A stretch of 63,919 nt of DNA, the filler included, from Collodictyon triciliatum (taxonomy: Eukaryota), in the NCBI GenBank assembly GCA_043381765.1. It is 6 parts of 4 records of this genome, joined end to end, with 100 filler letters (N's around TTAATTAATTAA, not from the genome) between each part and the next. Parts side by side here need not be neighbours in the genome. Positions count along the whole stretch, not along the records: positions 1 to 24,373 come from JBHJMP010000898.1; 5 more parts are not named here. One strand, 5' to 3'. The notes beneath the pieces were generated by a model. The model ran no database searches, was not told the DNA's origin, and saw only the letters and a program-made list of their open reading frames with translations. A program made the translations under genes and the position numbers. Shown piece after piece: positions 1-13,154 of this stretch (positions are counted from its first letter, which is position 1; each line of letters begins with the position of its first letter).

Positions 1-130
1 TGTTTGTTTGTTTGTTTGTTTGTTTGTTTGTTTGTTTGTTTGTTTGTTTGTTTGTTTGTTTGTTTGTTTGTTTGTTTGTTTGTTTGTTTGTTAGTTTGTT
101 TGTTAGTTTGTTGGTTTGTTAGTTTGTTAG
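1..130. repeat. (TTTG)n microsatellite
   Basis: Direct tandem TTTG array with a few TTAG variants; it explains the FVCL-repeat ORF. Confidence 0.97.
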
Positions 131-699
131 TTTTTTTTCAAAGTCTAGGAGTTTTTCATCAAAATGGGTGTTGGGGGTTGGTTGTGAAGCGCTCGCGTGT
201 GCATCGGCTGCCTGCTCCATTCTGTGTTGAGTGCGAACCTCTTCGTTGCCACACCCACGCACAGACGTCGGCGACTGTCAAAGGCCACAATAGCCCCAAC
301 ATACTAAACATGGGTTTCTTCCGACAAATTTCCAGAAATCTCCGCCGCGAATTATTCCAAATTAAGAATTTTGTTAAGGTGGAAGACTTCCAGAAGCATA
401 TGTGCGAATCTATATCCACAAATGTTATTTTTAAGAGAATATTCATCTATTTAATACACATTCGTACGTTCGACTCTTTTTTCGCTAGAAAAGGTAGTTA
501 ATATTCAAACATTAGAGGTATAAGGAGTGAATGTAGTATATGACTATATTGCAATAAATAAATATAATAAGATTAAATGATATTGTTAATGATAATATAA
601 TCAGTAAATTAAAACATTATATATTTAATAAATTCATTTTCCAGATACTGCAACAAGTCACATTCCAAAAGGGCTGAAGCTCCTTATCTGCCTGTAATG

Positions 700-1655
700 G
701 TGTCATATAAACCTCCTCAGCTCCAGACCATAGATGCAACTCCGACCATAGCCGTCCTGAACAACAAAGGAAAATGGCGTTCACGACGCCCCATCTCATA
801 CAGAGCGCCGTCGCCATTTTTCTTTCGCCTGAAGAACCAAAGGCGGTCCATTACGCCTGACTCCCCACAATTCTCGATGGCCATGTCATATTACAAGCTG
901 TTTCGATATAAAATCATCAGTCCGAATCCCTATAAACCGGAGAAAATGAGTCGTTGGGCCGAAAACAATGGGCATTATAGACCCGCCAATAGTCAAAAGC
1001 AGGAAACAAGCCCGTATACCTCAGCTACTCCCGAAACACTGCGCCCTACTTCTCAATATCTCCAACAGAGAGCTATGGATAGGTGCGCGTGTAGTCGATG
1101 CAGCAACGACCTCTTCAGAATGCACCATGTGCCATAGTGGAGGTGACTATCAACAAAAATTTGCTAAGTGCTCTCTTGCTCAAAAAGAGACAGAATCTAC
1201 CCACAAGATACTCTCTAAGCTTGATTATGCTCCCAGCCGTCTCAGCGCGTCTGACATCCTGTTTGGCCCACAATACCAAATGACCCACGACTCTAGAATA
1301 CTCTGGACAGTCACAAGGGGACATATGCTATGGTCCTTATGGAGTGTGCGTGCATTCTCTCGCTCCAATGATTCACCCGAACGAGAAATCAATGTAGCCA
1401 GGCTTGAGAGCCTCGTGCAATACAGTTTCCTGAACAGCTTGCTGAAACACGCTCGCATTCTTCGCTACTCTGACCGCAAGCGAAGAGAGATGTGGGAATG
1501 TGCCGTGCGATATCTCCCACGGCATATCCAACCCCTTTACCTACACAGCCAATCAACTAGTTGGGACGCCCACCTCACCAGCTCGCTATCACTGACTTCT
1601 TTCCAGTGCTAGCCTCTTCACGGTAGTGTCTTCTCCTACTCGCGTTTGCTCTGCC
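700..1655 (+). mobile_element. Non-LTR retrotransposon (L1/Tx1-like) 3' fragment, family A: post-RT region, zf-RVT-like Cys motif and 3' UTR; frameshifted
   Basis: ORFs 697-1137 and 968-1612 align with the C-terminal part of the 3868-6821 element (AVLNNKGKWxSRRPISY, RELWIG, CTMC vs CTLC). 1325-1655 is highly similar to the reverse complement of 63590-63919; 1555-1655 recurs at 61850-61950. Confidence 0.88.
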
Positions 1656-3628
1656 ACATTTTTTGGTTTTACATACCTTTTATCTTTCGTTGTGTATCGT
1701 AGACCTAGACGATTAAGTGGAAAAAACAGAGTCCTGAGACAACCAACTGTTACTCGGTGCAGGTGTAAAAATTTATTTGTTTGATACTTTACGGAGAGAA
1801 ATGAAATAGGAAATTCAAGACGGATGGGAATCTCAGCTGAATTGTGAAGGGGTTTCGCATAATCCGACCAGAACAAAAAAAAAAATCGGTATGAGAGGAA
1901 ATAAACCAAACTATTTTGCTCAAGGCAAGGAATCAGGAGAGAAGCAGAAGTTTGGATGAAGTCAAATAGACTAGTTATTTAGATATTCATTCGATAATGA
2001 CGCCCTCCGTAACAAGGTCGGTGAGTTTTCGGAGTTAGAGACATACAATGCACGGTTGCTGTGTTGGATGAACTGAAATTGTGAGATAGATGGGTTTGAG
2101 CAAGAGAATGTAAAGTCATCAGTGTCGTTTGGCTCGTCTATATCATCCATTTCCAATAAGTTTTGGATGCGCTGGAATTGAGCGAGTGACTGCGTGGATT
2201 TGAAAAAAAAGTCACTAATTCCATTACGCATTTGATACTGCAGAATAACCGAATAAAATTCAACTTTACACATCATACATTATCACAAAGTATTGAGTAT
2301 GAAAAATACCATGCAGCTATTGTGATGCTCGGTCTCTGTGTCTTTTTTCTTTTCATGGCAAACAGAGTCCTTCATGAGGCCTGAAGGTGGGGGTCGTGAT
2401 GCAAAAGCGACTTTGGCATTAACTCTCTGTTGAGAAGCGCTTTCAGTTTTCGAGAGAGCACACGTTTTACTCATTATTTACGTTTTTCTTGGGTATTGAC
2501 CTTGCGCAGGGAATTGGGTTTCAGAAATGGTGCGAGGGGCGCCTAGTTAAACATGAAAAATCATAGCGTGAGTTTTCATACTCCAAGGGTTCGCCCAGAA
2601 GTTCTGTATGTGTCCATCAGAGCATAGACTCACATACACAAATTCTTGATTAATAGCATGCTTTTTCTTCTCCAGTAAGTTTAGATTATGTTTGCTGATT
2701 TGTAATCTAAAGACCATTGTGGTCCTCAGCGGGTCACCTGGTCTATATACCCTAGCCTACTTATGTGGGCACTCCTGTTGTTCCAAGCTTTTGTCTTTGT
2801 CTCATAGCATCACCCCGTCTGCACTTCACACCTTTGTCTTATCGCTTGAACTGAATTACGCTATGATATTTTCTGTTAAATTTCGACCTTTTTCTCTTCC
2901 TGCTGCATGTCCTCTTTATTTCTCGTCATTCCACGCAAACTTCAATCATAAAATGGCCACAACTGCGCCTGATTCCTACAGTTTTCGAACTGCCACGCAG
3001 CCTGGGATTTTTTCAGCAGTTGAAAAGACCGTCTCGTCGAATTCTTACGTTATGTTGGCAATCGCACTGATGCTGGTGACTCTTGATGATGTATAGGTGT
3101 AACATGGATACAATTTTCAGCTATTTGCCAACGCTCTTGTCACTATAACAAGAACTCATTATTTTTGCCAAACTCGGCTGGTTCGCCTTACTTGGCGACA
3201 AGTCCGTCAATCCTACGGTCACGAATGACATGGACAGCGCATAACACGACATGAACTGAATTCTTTAATTCCATTTGGTTATGTGCGTATGACCACTCCG
3301 TTTTGAATTAAAACACCCCTTGCAGACTCTTTTTCGCTCTTTACAGCAGGCCGTTTTCAGTTGATGTCAACAATCTGGGCGTCTGAGCCACCTGTTCAGG
3401 TTAATCTCAATATGGGCATGTTTTTGCGCTTTAAAAGGATATTCTCCATTTTATCCTCTTTTGGATTACCGGTGGGTAATCGCTGTCTTGCCACCAGTCA
3501 TGTTCAAAATTGCTCCATCCTGGCTGAGAATGCCTGCGCCATCAACATATTTATTAAAATAGCGATGCAAACAGTCGCGACGTCATCCAAGGACCAAGTC
3601 TTCAATTTTTTCTATCAAGAAACCGTAA

Positions 3629-3629
<1 letters not shown>

Positions 3630-3676
<47 letters not shown>

Positions 3677-3783
3677 GTTATTATTATTATTATTGTTATT
3701 ATTATTATTGTTATTATTATTGTTATTATTATTATTATTGTTATTATTGTTATTATTGTTATTATTGTTATTATTGTTATTAT
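3630..3783. repeat. (TAT)n/(TGT) microsatellite
   Basis: Tandem TAT array with interspersed TGT. Confidence 0.95.
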
Positions 3784-3867
3784 TCCTTTCAATTTGTTCA
3801 ACATTTATTTATTTTTTTATTATTTTTTTATAATTTGTTCAACATTTATGATATTGGCACTGATTCA

Positions 3868-6821
3868 TTAGAATTCTTCATATGGACTACTTGGTGGCCG
3901 GGTGGCGGAGAAGTAGTCGGTAATCAGGGATTGCATCCTGCGGTTTGGCCTGTAGCCTGGGTCTTGTGCTTTCATGAGAGACACAAGGCGAGGTTTAATA
4001 TCTTTCTCAGCCTCTTTCCACATGTCTCTTCTCACAGGGTCTGAGTAGTAGAGAACGTGCAGGTGGCGAAGAAAGCTATCGAGGAAAGAGATTTGTATGA
4101 TGTCATTCGGCCTGTTATCAGGAATGGGTGGCTGGTTGTTGAGTCTTGCTTTGCGTGAGTATATGCGCGCTATCCACATAGTCCCTAGCAAATGGCCTCG
4201 CGTCACTGCCCAGAATGTTTTTGCATCTGGACGCAGCTGTTGCAGAGGCCCAAATATCGCCTGTATTGGGATAACAGCTGCAGCCGTCTAGAGTGTCAGT
4301 CGAAGAATCTCACCGGCTGCTTCGCGCAGGTTTTGAGCGAAGGGACATTCCACAAATGTGTGCTCAATGGATTCATCACTGTTGCTGCAAAGTGTGCATT
4401 GTTGGGAGACTTTGCCAGCTTTTGCCGTGCGTGTACCTATCCATAGCTCCCTATCGGTGATATTAAGGATTAGAGAGCGGTGATTTGGAAGGGATTGCGG
4501 AGTTTGTGCTTGTCTCCAGCTCGCGGTGAGCGGGGTGTGGGTGATGCCCTGTGTTTCTCCCCGTCGTTGATGTTTTGACTTTTTGTAGGATGTCGGCGGC
4601 GATATTTTGTATCGAAAGAATTTGGAGTAGGCCATAGCCATCGAGAACTGCATAGACTGCGCACCGTTAGACGAGTGTTCGTTCTTGAGGCGGAAAAAGA
4701 ATGGCGACGGGATGTCGTATGAGATTGGTCTGCGTGAGAGCCATTTTCCTTTGTTATTCAGGACGGCTGTGGTTGGCTGTGCATCGTGTGTGCGGAATGC
4801 GGTGGAACCTGGCGTTGTGGTGTACGAGCCGTCTTCTTTGAATGATATTTCTTTGATGGTTGCCGAGTTGCCTTCGTGAATCTGTTTGATGATGCAGAAG
4901 CCTTTCTGGTTGTCCCAGCATATTTGTCCTGCTGCCAATGGCTCGTGCAAATCTGTGACAGCATGTAATTGAATATATTCGCACGTTTCACATTTTTCGT
5001 ACGAATATTCTACCGGGCAAGCAATGGCTCTGGATTGTTTGGCGGGGGAATTGGAGGTTTACTCTTACAGAGGTGTGCCTTGAAGTTCGGGCATATGCGA
5101 TGGATAAGGCACCACATTCCACCCCACCAAAATCCTTTCATACAAATCACATATCTGTCCACCATCTCATCGTGAGTGAAAGTCCATATGACATATGAGG
5201 TTATGCGAGGCGTCGTAAATATCTTGTAGTCGTTATTCAACAGCGATATTGGTCGCCAGTCTGCAAGATTGTTCGAGTTTCCTTTCTTTGGTATCAACCG
5301 CACCGTGGCCTCTGTATATCCTTGCGGTAGGTCGCCACCAGACATGATTCCATTCAGAAAAGTCACTAGGGATGCCTTGACCTCATTATAGAAAGCAGAG
5401 TATATTCCGTTGGGCAGCCTATCTGGTCCTGGCGCCTTTCCGTTGTGTAGCGACTTGACAGCTTTCCACAATTCGCCTGCATCTATTGGTGCTATCATGC
5501 TGGCTGCTTGCGAGGGTGAATACTTATAGCAGTTTGTGGTAATAAGCTCGAGAGTAGCGGCATCAGAGTCTCGTCTTGACCACATCTTTGAGAAGGAGTC
5601 GTGGATGTTCTTTTTGTTGTTGCGAGGTAATAAATGCTGCATGTCCTCAGATGGCGTGCAGGAAGGATACATGGTCTTTATTTTTCCTTTCCTAGTTCAA
5701 AGAACCATTTCTCCATCTGCTCAAAGTCTCGCAAGTATCTCGCTTCCCAATTTTCGCAGTATTTGTGAATATCCGATGTTAGCTGCTCGGCAAGTTTATC
5801 TTCTGAGCTCGCCAGTTTTTCTTTTTGGGTGCGTTTCCACCCCGATGGTCTACCGGCTGCTTTCATCAGAGCCTCTTTTTTCCTTTCAAGCTTCTTCCGC
5901 TCCTCTCCATCCTTATTTTCAAACCAGTCGATTTTTGGATAAGAATAGAGAGCTGCTTTTAAATTATAGACCATTCCGCCTCGATGGGCGCATCACCTGG
6001 GGTGTTGAAGTAAGCCCTGAGCTTGTTTTGTATGTCTTCTATCGACTTGGTGTCATTGTGTGTCCTCCAGTCTATATACCTCGCCTGCCATTCACAGCCA
6101 CCGGCTGAATCGGTTTGAGCCAGAATAGCACTGTGGTCGGACAGCGCAGAATAGACTGTTTTTTGTTTCTCGAACCACGCATGCAAGTCCCTTGAGCAGA
6201 GGAAGCGATCTATTCTGCTCCACGTGAAGTCGTTTTTTGTATGTCTTCTACACGTTGCTCCTAGAGAGTGAGGATTGAACGTCTTCCAAGGGTCTTGCAG
6301 CTTGTGCCTGATTGTCCAGTCGACGAAAGCTTCGTCATAGCGTGTCGAGGACTCAGACCACTCGGTGCTGGCATCAATAAGAGCATTGAAGTCTCCACAG
6401 ATGATGATACGTTTCGCAGACTCCATCTCCTTAGAGATAAGCTCATACTCGTGTATTCTAGCATTTGAACCTGCTGTTTGGAGCGACATGTATGTCGTCA
6501 TTATACGAAAGTCAGCTCCATCGATTTGGATATCGAGACTTATGCAGCGACCAGGAATAATCTCTTTGAAGCGAGGATTGAGTTTAGCTATCCATTTCTT
6601 GGATAGAAACGCTACACCTGCATGTCTCTGTTGATTATCGTCACAGGACCACATATGTGGGCGTTTCCATACTTCATTGTTTGTTAGATTGTCAGGGCTG
6701 AGCCATGTTTCTTGGAGGCAGATGATGTCTGCGTGGGACAAAAGAACAGTGTCTAGGGCTTCTTTTCTTTTTGTGCTTCGTTAATCCCCCTAACGTTCCA
6801 CAACAGAACGTTAAAACGCAT
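3868..6821 (-). mobile_element. Degenerate non-LTR retrotransposon ORF2 (APE endonuclease + RT N-terminus + zf-RVT-like C-terminus), L1/Tx1-like, family B
   Basis: ATG at 6821 reads MRFNVLLWNVRGIN, then after a frameshift ADIICLQETW, IICGDFNA, SRIDRFL and SDH (APE motifs). RT-entry motifs follow: KAPGPDRLP, LIPKKG, WRPISLLNNDYKI. The C-terminus has CTLC..ESIEHTFVECP. Several frameshifts and stops; the YADD core is absent. Confidence 0.93.
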
Positions 6822-8118
6822 GGACTATTGGCTTTTGGAGGCTCGCGAATCTACTCAAATTTAGAAATAGCGTACGTATGCATGCCGATGTAGCAAAACT
6901 TGTGTTCAACGCACACGTGCAAACTTACATCTGCACAAATTTAATACACCTACTTTTTGTTATGTTCGTCTGAAGTAGCAGCAGAAGGAATAAAGCTTTA
7001 TTTACAGGTATGCATTTTCTTAGTTTAAGATGTTGTATTCGCAGATGATACAAAGCAATCTCTGGAAGATTTTCTTCAAAAGTATGTATGTCTTTTACAT
7101 CTTTGTACATTTGTTCGAGTTCTGTGGATAATACAAACCGGAATTCTTCGAGCCATGGAATCTGGAGTAAGATTAAATATTTCTTTGAGTGCCGCAAACA
7201 CTAGAGACGATTCGCCGGTACAAGGAAGTTTCAGTGACATCGATTTGCAATTTTATAAAGCTTCACTGTATTTACAACTTCATAACTTGAAATTATTTTT
7301 TTTTCTCTCGATGCGAATGCGCTATGTATTTTATGCTTGTGACAATCATGCGACCTTTCTGTGCTGCAAACGAGTTAAGAAATACTTTCTTGAGCCGAGC
7401 GGTTTGCCCCTCTGCAACTGCGATAGTAGTTATAATCCAGCACCGTGAAAACTTCAAGCCTTCCTAGTTACCCCGCAGTGAACTGAATAGTCTTTGCAAA
7501 CTGCTCTGGGAATGTGTCACTCGCAGACTCTGTGACTCCGTGAGATCGATCTTTTGACTCAGCAGAGCGCAAACAAGGACACAACTTTGAAAAGCGTGAT
7601 TGGCCACTCTGCCATACCATATCAAGGCACAAGGAACACGTCGATCGCTTCTGTTGATTCGATCATTCTTTGTGCAGAAGCACTTGTCCAAGAAACGCGC
7701 GCATATAATTACGTGTGGGGTGGGTTACATGAGTTTAAGGGCGAGGCGATGCTTTCTTAGGTTGTTCACAAGGCATGATCCAGACGGACAGAAGGCAACT
7801 CACGAAATAGCCCAAACCGAACAGGCAGACTCAGCCAACAGAATTGAACCACCGGCCAGTCGAAGGGAGACGCAACGAAGACATGTGGGTATTGCTGGAG
7901 CCAAGCATTTCACTAACCCTCTTACTTCCACTTTCTTCTCTCTTTTTCTTTTCTTATCCTCTTTCTCTTTTTTCATATCTTATTTTTTTCTTTTTTTATC
8001 CGTGACCGGTTGAATGGACACAACATTATTTTTTTTTTACGGTCTTCGATAGTAACTTCTTTGTTTTTCTCTTTTTTCTAGTACTTTCATGAGAATTAAC
8101 TGAATTTTTTTGCTTAAG

Positions 8119-10358
8119 GGACGAATCATGGCTGCTGGAGCAAAAAAACATGTTGTCCAACTCACTTGTCGAGGCTGCAGAAGAGAAATTAAGCCAGGTT
8201 CATACTTTTATATATACTTTTCTAATCCATAATCTCGTAGCATTATTTACCTGTATATCTGAATATCTCACTCCAGGCACACTATGCCATGTCGTGATTG
8301 ATTGAGCCAACACCAACTCTGTGTTTTCCTTTTGAAAGGAACCATTCCATGGACTAAATCGGTCTTTATCATATTTCCATATTAGTTTTGTAAACAAAGA
8401 GCTTCAAATCAAGCCGAAACATTACTGGAAAGAAAATTATTGGATGTTTGGACTTCTGTACAGCATTGCGAGGTATTTACCTGATTCCCAGCACTGATGT
8501 AATGATATATATATATGTATGTATATCATGATTCAAGTATCTTTTTCTTTTCTTTTTTCCATATTCATTTAGTTTTCTTCCTGAAAAAAAAGCGATATAA
8601 ACGTTCAAAGTGACAAACTATAGGTTGAATATTGGAAAATTACTCTAACAGAGATTGAAGAGAACCTTGGGAATTTTATTGACGGTGCCGACAGATTCTT
8701 GAAAGCAATTGAGTCCATATACGAAAATGGAAAAGGATCGATTGTACGCATTTGATTATTGCTTTGAAAAGAGAATGATTCTTTCATAACTTCTTTTTTG
8801 GGTGAAAATATGTGATTCTTACAATTAATCCAAAACACAATTTTCTGTGGACTCCATAATACTTCATTTTCTCAACTGACATAGTTTTTTCAATCTAAAT
8901 GTATTGCATCATCTATTAGTGCTTATTTACCTCCTTTTTTTTTTACTCTATTCGACTCAAAGATCGGTGGTTATTTACCTCTATTAGTTTTCATCCATTA
9001 CCAAGTTCTGGTCGTCCGAACCACAGCAAAGCTCTGCAGACCAATTCCAACTTTATATGGAGAGTGCGATTGTAAGGTCCAATTGAAACTTGCATTATAT
9101 GTTATGCGTAGTAATATGTCAATTCTTTTTTTTTGGTTATGTGCATATATTTAAATCAAGTATAACAGGCTATGGGTGAAATTAATTTAATGATTGCATC
9201 GGCACATTTCCGCTTTCATAATTACATTCGTGGTATGACATAAGCCTTTTGTTTTTATTATAGTTATGAACAGTGTACAATTGTACTTTTTTTTTTTTAC
9301 GTGGAGACATTTCATATTTTTCATCCTCTCTCGCTTAATAATTGCTTCGTTTAATGAAACAAAAATCCAGGGGGGCTGCATTTTCGACGAGGATGGAAAC
9401 TTTTTGAAGAGGCATATGAAAATATCTTGAAAAGAAATCCACTGCACTCAGGTTAATCATTCCACTTTTTTTTTTTTAAAAAAAATTAATAATAATTGGA
9501 ATTACGATTTAAAGAATGTAATATTGGCCCATAGCCCATTCTTGAATTATGAAAATTCTTTTTCAATGACATACCAATTTTAATTCATATCACTAGCATA
9601 TGTGTCAACATAACACTGGGGCATTTTGTAAATATACTTGAATCATGTTATAGAACCCTTGGAGAAAAAGAACGTACGATCGATGGAATCAGTCTCTTTC
9701 TTGTCGGTTCGCAACTCTTCCCATGCACAACAGATCGAGACTCTCCTTTCCAAGTGCAGACATCATCACTTGTCTGAAAGAGCCATAAGCAGCTTACTCT
9801 TCGACGTTGGGATATACCACTTCTTTGTAATATATTTGTCTATTATCAATTATAATATGCCTTTTGGTACTTGTATGACTTTTCTGACCAAATAATACGT
9901 GTCTACCAAAACTGATGATATTTTATTGATTGAAAACCGCACTATGTAATAATCTGTAGCTGACCTTACTTTTTTTATCCTTAAGATTCATTATTCTATT
10001 TTTAACGGTGTGAAAATATAAAAAGCTCTCTCTTGTTCCGGATACATTTGCTATGCTGGTTGAGGTCATCGGGTTCCATGCTGACAGGGACCATGGCATC
10101 GTTTTGCTTGAGGAATGCGTGTTAGAGGAGGGATATCGCTGTAAGCTTTGGAATAATAACAATCCTGTGTTTTATTTTTCTTCCGTGGTCTTGGTTTTCG
10201 CTTTCAGTAGCTCAGATATTTAATTAATTTTTTTTTCGTGTAAATGTCTATGAGCTAATGCTTTCTATTCTAAACTACTTCCTATCCGCCACACAGCACC
10301 AGCAGCCATTTTACCATTAGGTATCGCTCGACTATGTTATTATTATTATTATTATTTA

Positions 10359-10420
<62 letters not shown>

Positions 10421-12929
10421 TTGTGATTTTTCTTTCATTTAGTAAAGAATTCGAACATAGGAGAAGACGTATTACAGTCCAGTGCAACATTTTTAAAGTT
10501 AAATTTCTGAAATGATGACATAGCGGTAGCTTACCATTCAGCAGATGGAAATTGGGACAGAGGAGTAATTGCTTTTAAGACAGCCGTTGAAGAATACCCG
10601 TATGCTCCTCGCTTTTATTTTTATTTTTATTTTTATTTTTATTTTTATTTTTATTTTTATTTTTATTTTTATTTTTATTTTTATTTTTATTTTTATTTTT
10701 ATTTTTATTTTTATTTTTATTTTTATTTTTATTTTTATTTTTATTTTCATTTCTAGTCAGACACTTTTGTAGAATTATATTTCTCCGTTTTTAGGGACAA
10801 CATTATATATCACTACATGCTTGGTATTATGAGTCGGCAAAGTGGTGACATGGACCTATCATCGAAAGCGCTGAGCGTTGCATCTGAATATGCATCGTAA
10901 GCCACACATTATTATAAAATAATTGCGCTTGCCCGCTTTGGATAATTTTTTATATTATTATCGCAGTATCAATCCATTCACGAATATATATTTTTTTTTG
11001 GTGTAAAAACGAACAGAAAGAGAGGTTATAACCAGCTACATCTTACTGCAAGCTATGAAGCCGCACATAATGATTTCCTCCTGGTTTTTTCTTTTATCTA
11101 TAAAGAGAGTATCAAACAAAGCACAAATGCTTACTGCACTTGATGGTCAATTTAATCTTACGCTTATAATGTATGACTTTTTACATAATTATTGACATAT
11201 CTATAGCTGGAATGGAACAAGGCTGCGGTCACCATCGAAATGTTTCTAAGAGGTGAGCTCCAAGTTACTGAAATAGCATGCATGCTTCATTTTACTCTCA
11301 TATACTGCAGATTCATAAGGGAATATAACATCACTATCTGCCATGTAATTCGACTCGAATCCAATAAAGAAACAAAGTCGAAACAATTTCGTGCGTATGG
11401 GTCTTTCAAACTCGGACTTTGCTACCTGATGTTGGGCAAAGTTGACGAAGCAGTGGAAATATATGAAAAGTTACAAGAGTATGTCCGGCCAGTGAGTCTT
11501 TGCATGAACAAGTTCCTTCTCATATGTGCACAAATTACTTCTTTTTCTTTTGATTGACTCCCACAAAAGAAATAATCAAAGCATCATTATTGGTATTAAT
11601 ATTAATAATAATAGTTTTATTCGAGAATAATGTATCACTCGGATTCTATATCACCCCACAATTTCAAAGTATTTTATAACTTTAAATGTTATTGACACGT
11701 CTGTCGTATATAATAAATCTTTCAGTCCATGAATTTTGATTGCTATGCTCGGCGGCGCTCCCAAAAGTATCTCAAGACACGTACAATCACAGAATTTGAT
11801 AAGATTTACTTCCAGGCAACTTTCTGCAACGATGCATTCAAGGTTGGTATTCTTTTTTTATAATTAAAAAATTGTTATAAAGTATTATTGAGACCGTGTT
11901 ATTAGTATGTGAAAAGAAATAACATAGCGTGGCTCTTGAATAACATCTTTTCTCTAGATTTTTTTAATTTGTGTTCTCTTTGTTATTTTCTTTCATATAT
12001 TATTTGCTCTAGTTTGAGACTGCTCTCGGGTTGGTGGAAGGATTTGCAGATAAACATGTATGTGGTGATACTCTTTCATTTTGCAACAATTTAATTTTCA
12101 TTAAGTTAGGCGAATCGAATCATAATAAAAATAATAAAAGTCTATTATATTTTTGTGTGATTTTTTCAGCAAAAAAATGGATAAAATACGAGAGAAATAA
12201 AATAGTATTCACCGTAACTCGAAAACTAGGAGCCTGATGGATTCATACTCCCAGATGACAGAGAACTTATTTTACTCTACACAAAGGCGTTTTCACTTCT
12301 TAAATTAAACAGATTTGAGGAATCTAAGGAGATGTTAAATGTAATTGCTCATTATCCTGAAGTCATAAAGCTCGAAGAGTTTGAATTGCGCTCAATTCAA
12401 ATGTTTACTTTTTACTATTTACATTCTATCGCAGAAAATAATTCTTTACGCTGACTCGGTCGAAGATGAAAAGCAAATCGTGCCACAGACATATTCATTG
12501 TTGGCCGAAATCGCATTAAAAGGTAAACCCTATTTGGTCTTCAAATGATTTGTGACGCTGATTTCTATTTTGCTCTGTTTTGAATTAATTCGCATTAAAG
12601 TTGGAAAGAAATAAATCTCGCAAATGTCATTCACGCTCAATCCTAATTGCAAAATTATATTTATTCTCTTCCTTTTTTCTTCATATGTACATGTATGTAT
12701 GTTTTCTAATGTTTTGTAATGTATAATTATGACCATGCCTATTTGCATGTGTATATCAACTTTTGCCTTGCATCGCACTAACCAAAGAGCCAAAGAATCC
12801 CGTCTTTCAGAATGTGAATACTACTTAAGCTCGGCTCTCCAGATGAAAGGATATGACTTTGAAAAGATTCTTCGGATGCACTTGAAGGGTCTCCAAAAAA
12901 ACTTGAAAAACAAACGCGCTGCATCGTAA
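8119..12929 (+). CDS. TTC39: TTC39/IML2-family tetratricopeptide-repeat protein, multi-exon; 5' start uncertain (may extend to ~7730)
   Basis: Exon translations VEVIGFHADRDHGIVLLEEC (~10060-10140), AYGSFKLGLCYLMLGKVDEAVEIYEKL and terminal YLSSALQMKGYDFEKILRMHLKGL* resemble recalled TTC39/Iml2 motifs. GT-AG introns are present. Confidence 0.72.
10613..10746. repeat. (TTTTTA)n microsatellite, intronic
   Basis: Tandem hexamer array. Confidence 0.95.
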
Positions 12930-13154
12930 ATGAATATCCACATATTCTATTCAATACTCAAAATATTCCCAGCGCAGACACATCTTTTGATTTCATTTTT
13001 TTTATTTTCAAACAAAAATTAAAGACAACGAAATCAATCCAGAATGGAAGGGTAATTTGCTCATCGTTTCGAAATCAATCCTTTATTCGCATCAAGACTG
13101 AAATTATACACGCATCACATCGCATCATATCGAACAAACCGCACCAGCGTCCAA

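Noticed and set aside
145-305. Minus-strand frame YVGAIVAFDSRRRLCVGVATKRFALN, vaguely like an asparaginase C-terminus
   Set aside because: Too short and too weak to support a call.
4-501. Low-complexity ORFs such as FVCL, poly-L, poly-I, KR and poly-N throughout the window
   Set aside because: These are microsatellite translations.
1971-2545. Possible minus-strand exons (and a similar one at 6925-7200)
   Set aside because: They look coding-like, but I could not build a consistent spliced frame or recognise a domain.
13029-13097. CGAAATCAATCC direct repeat next to a LINE-tag-like CCTTTATTCGCATCAAG
   Set aside because: The tag lies outside the repeat pair and lacks an A tail, so it does not fit the TSD pattern.
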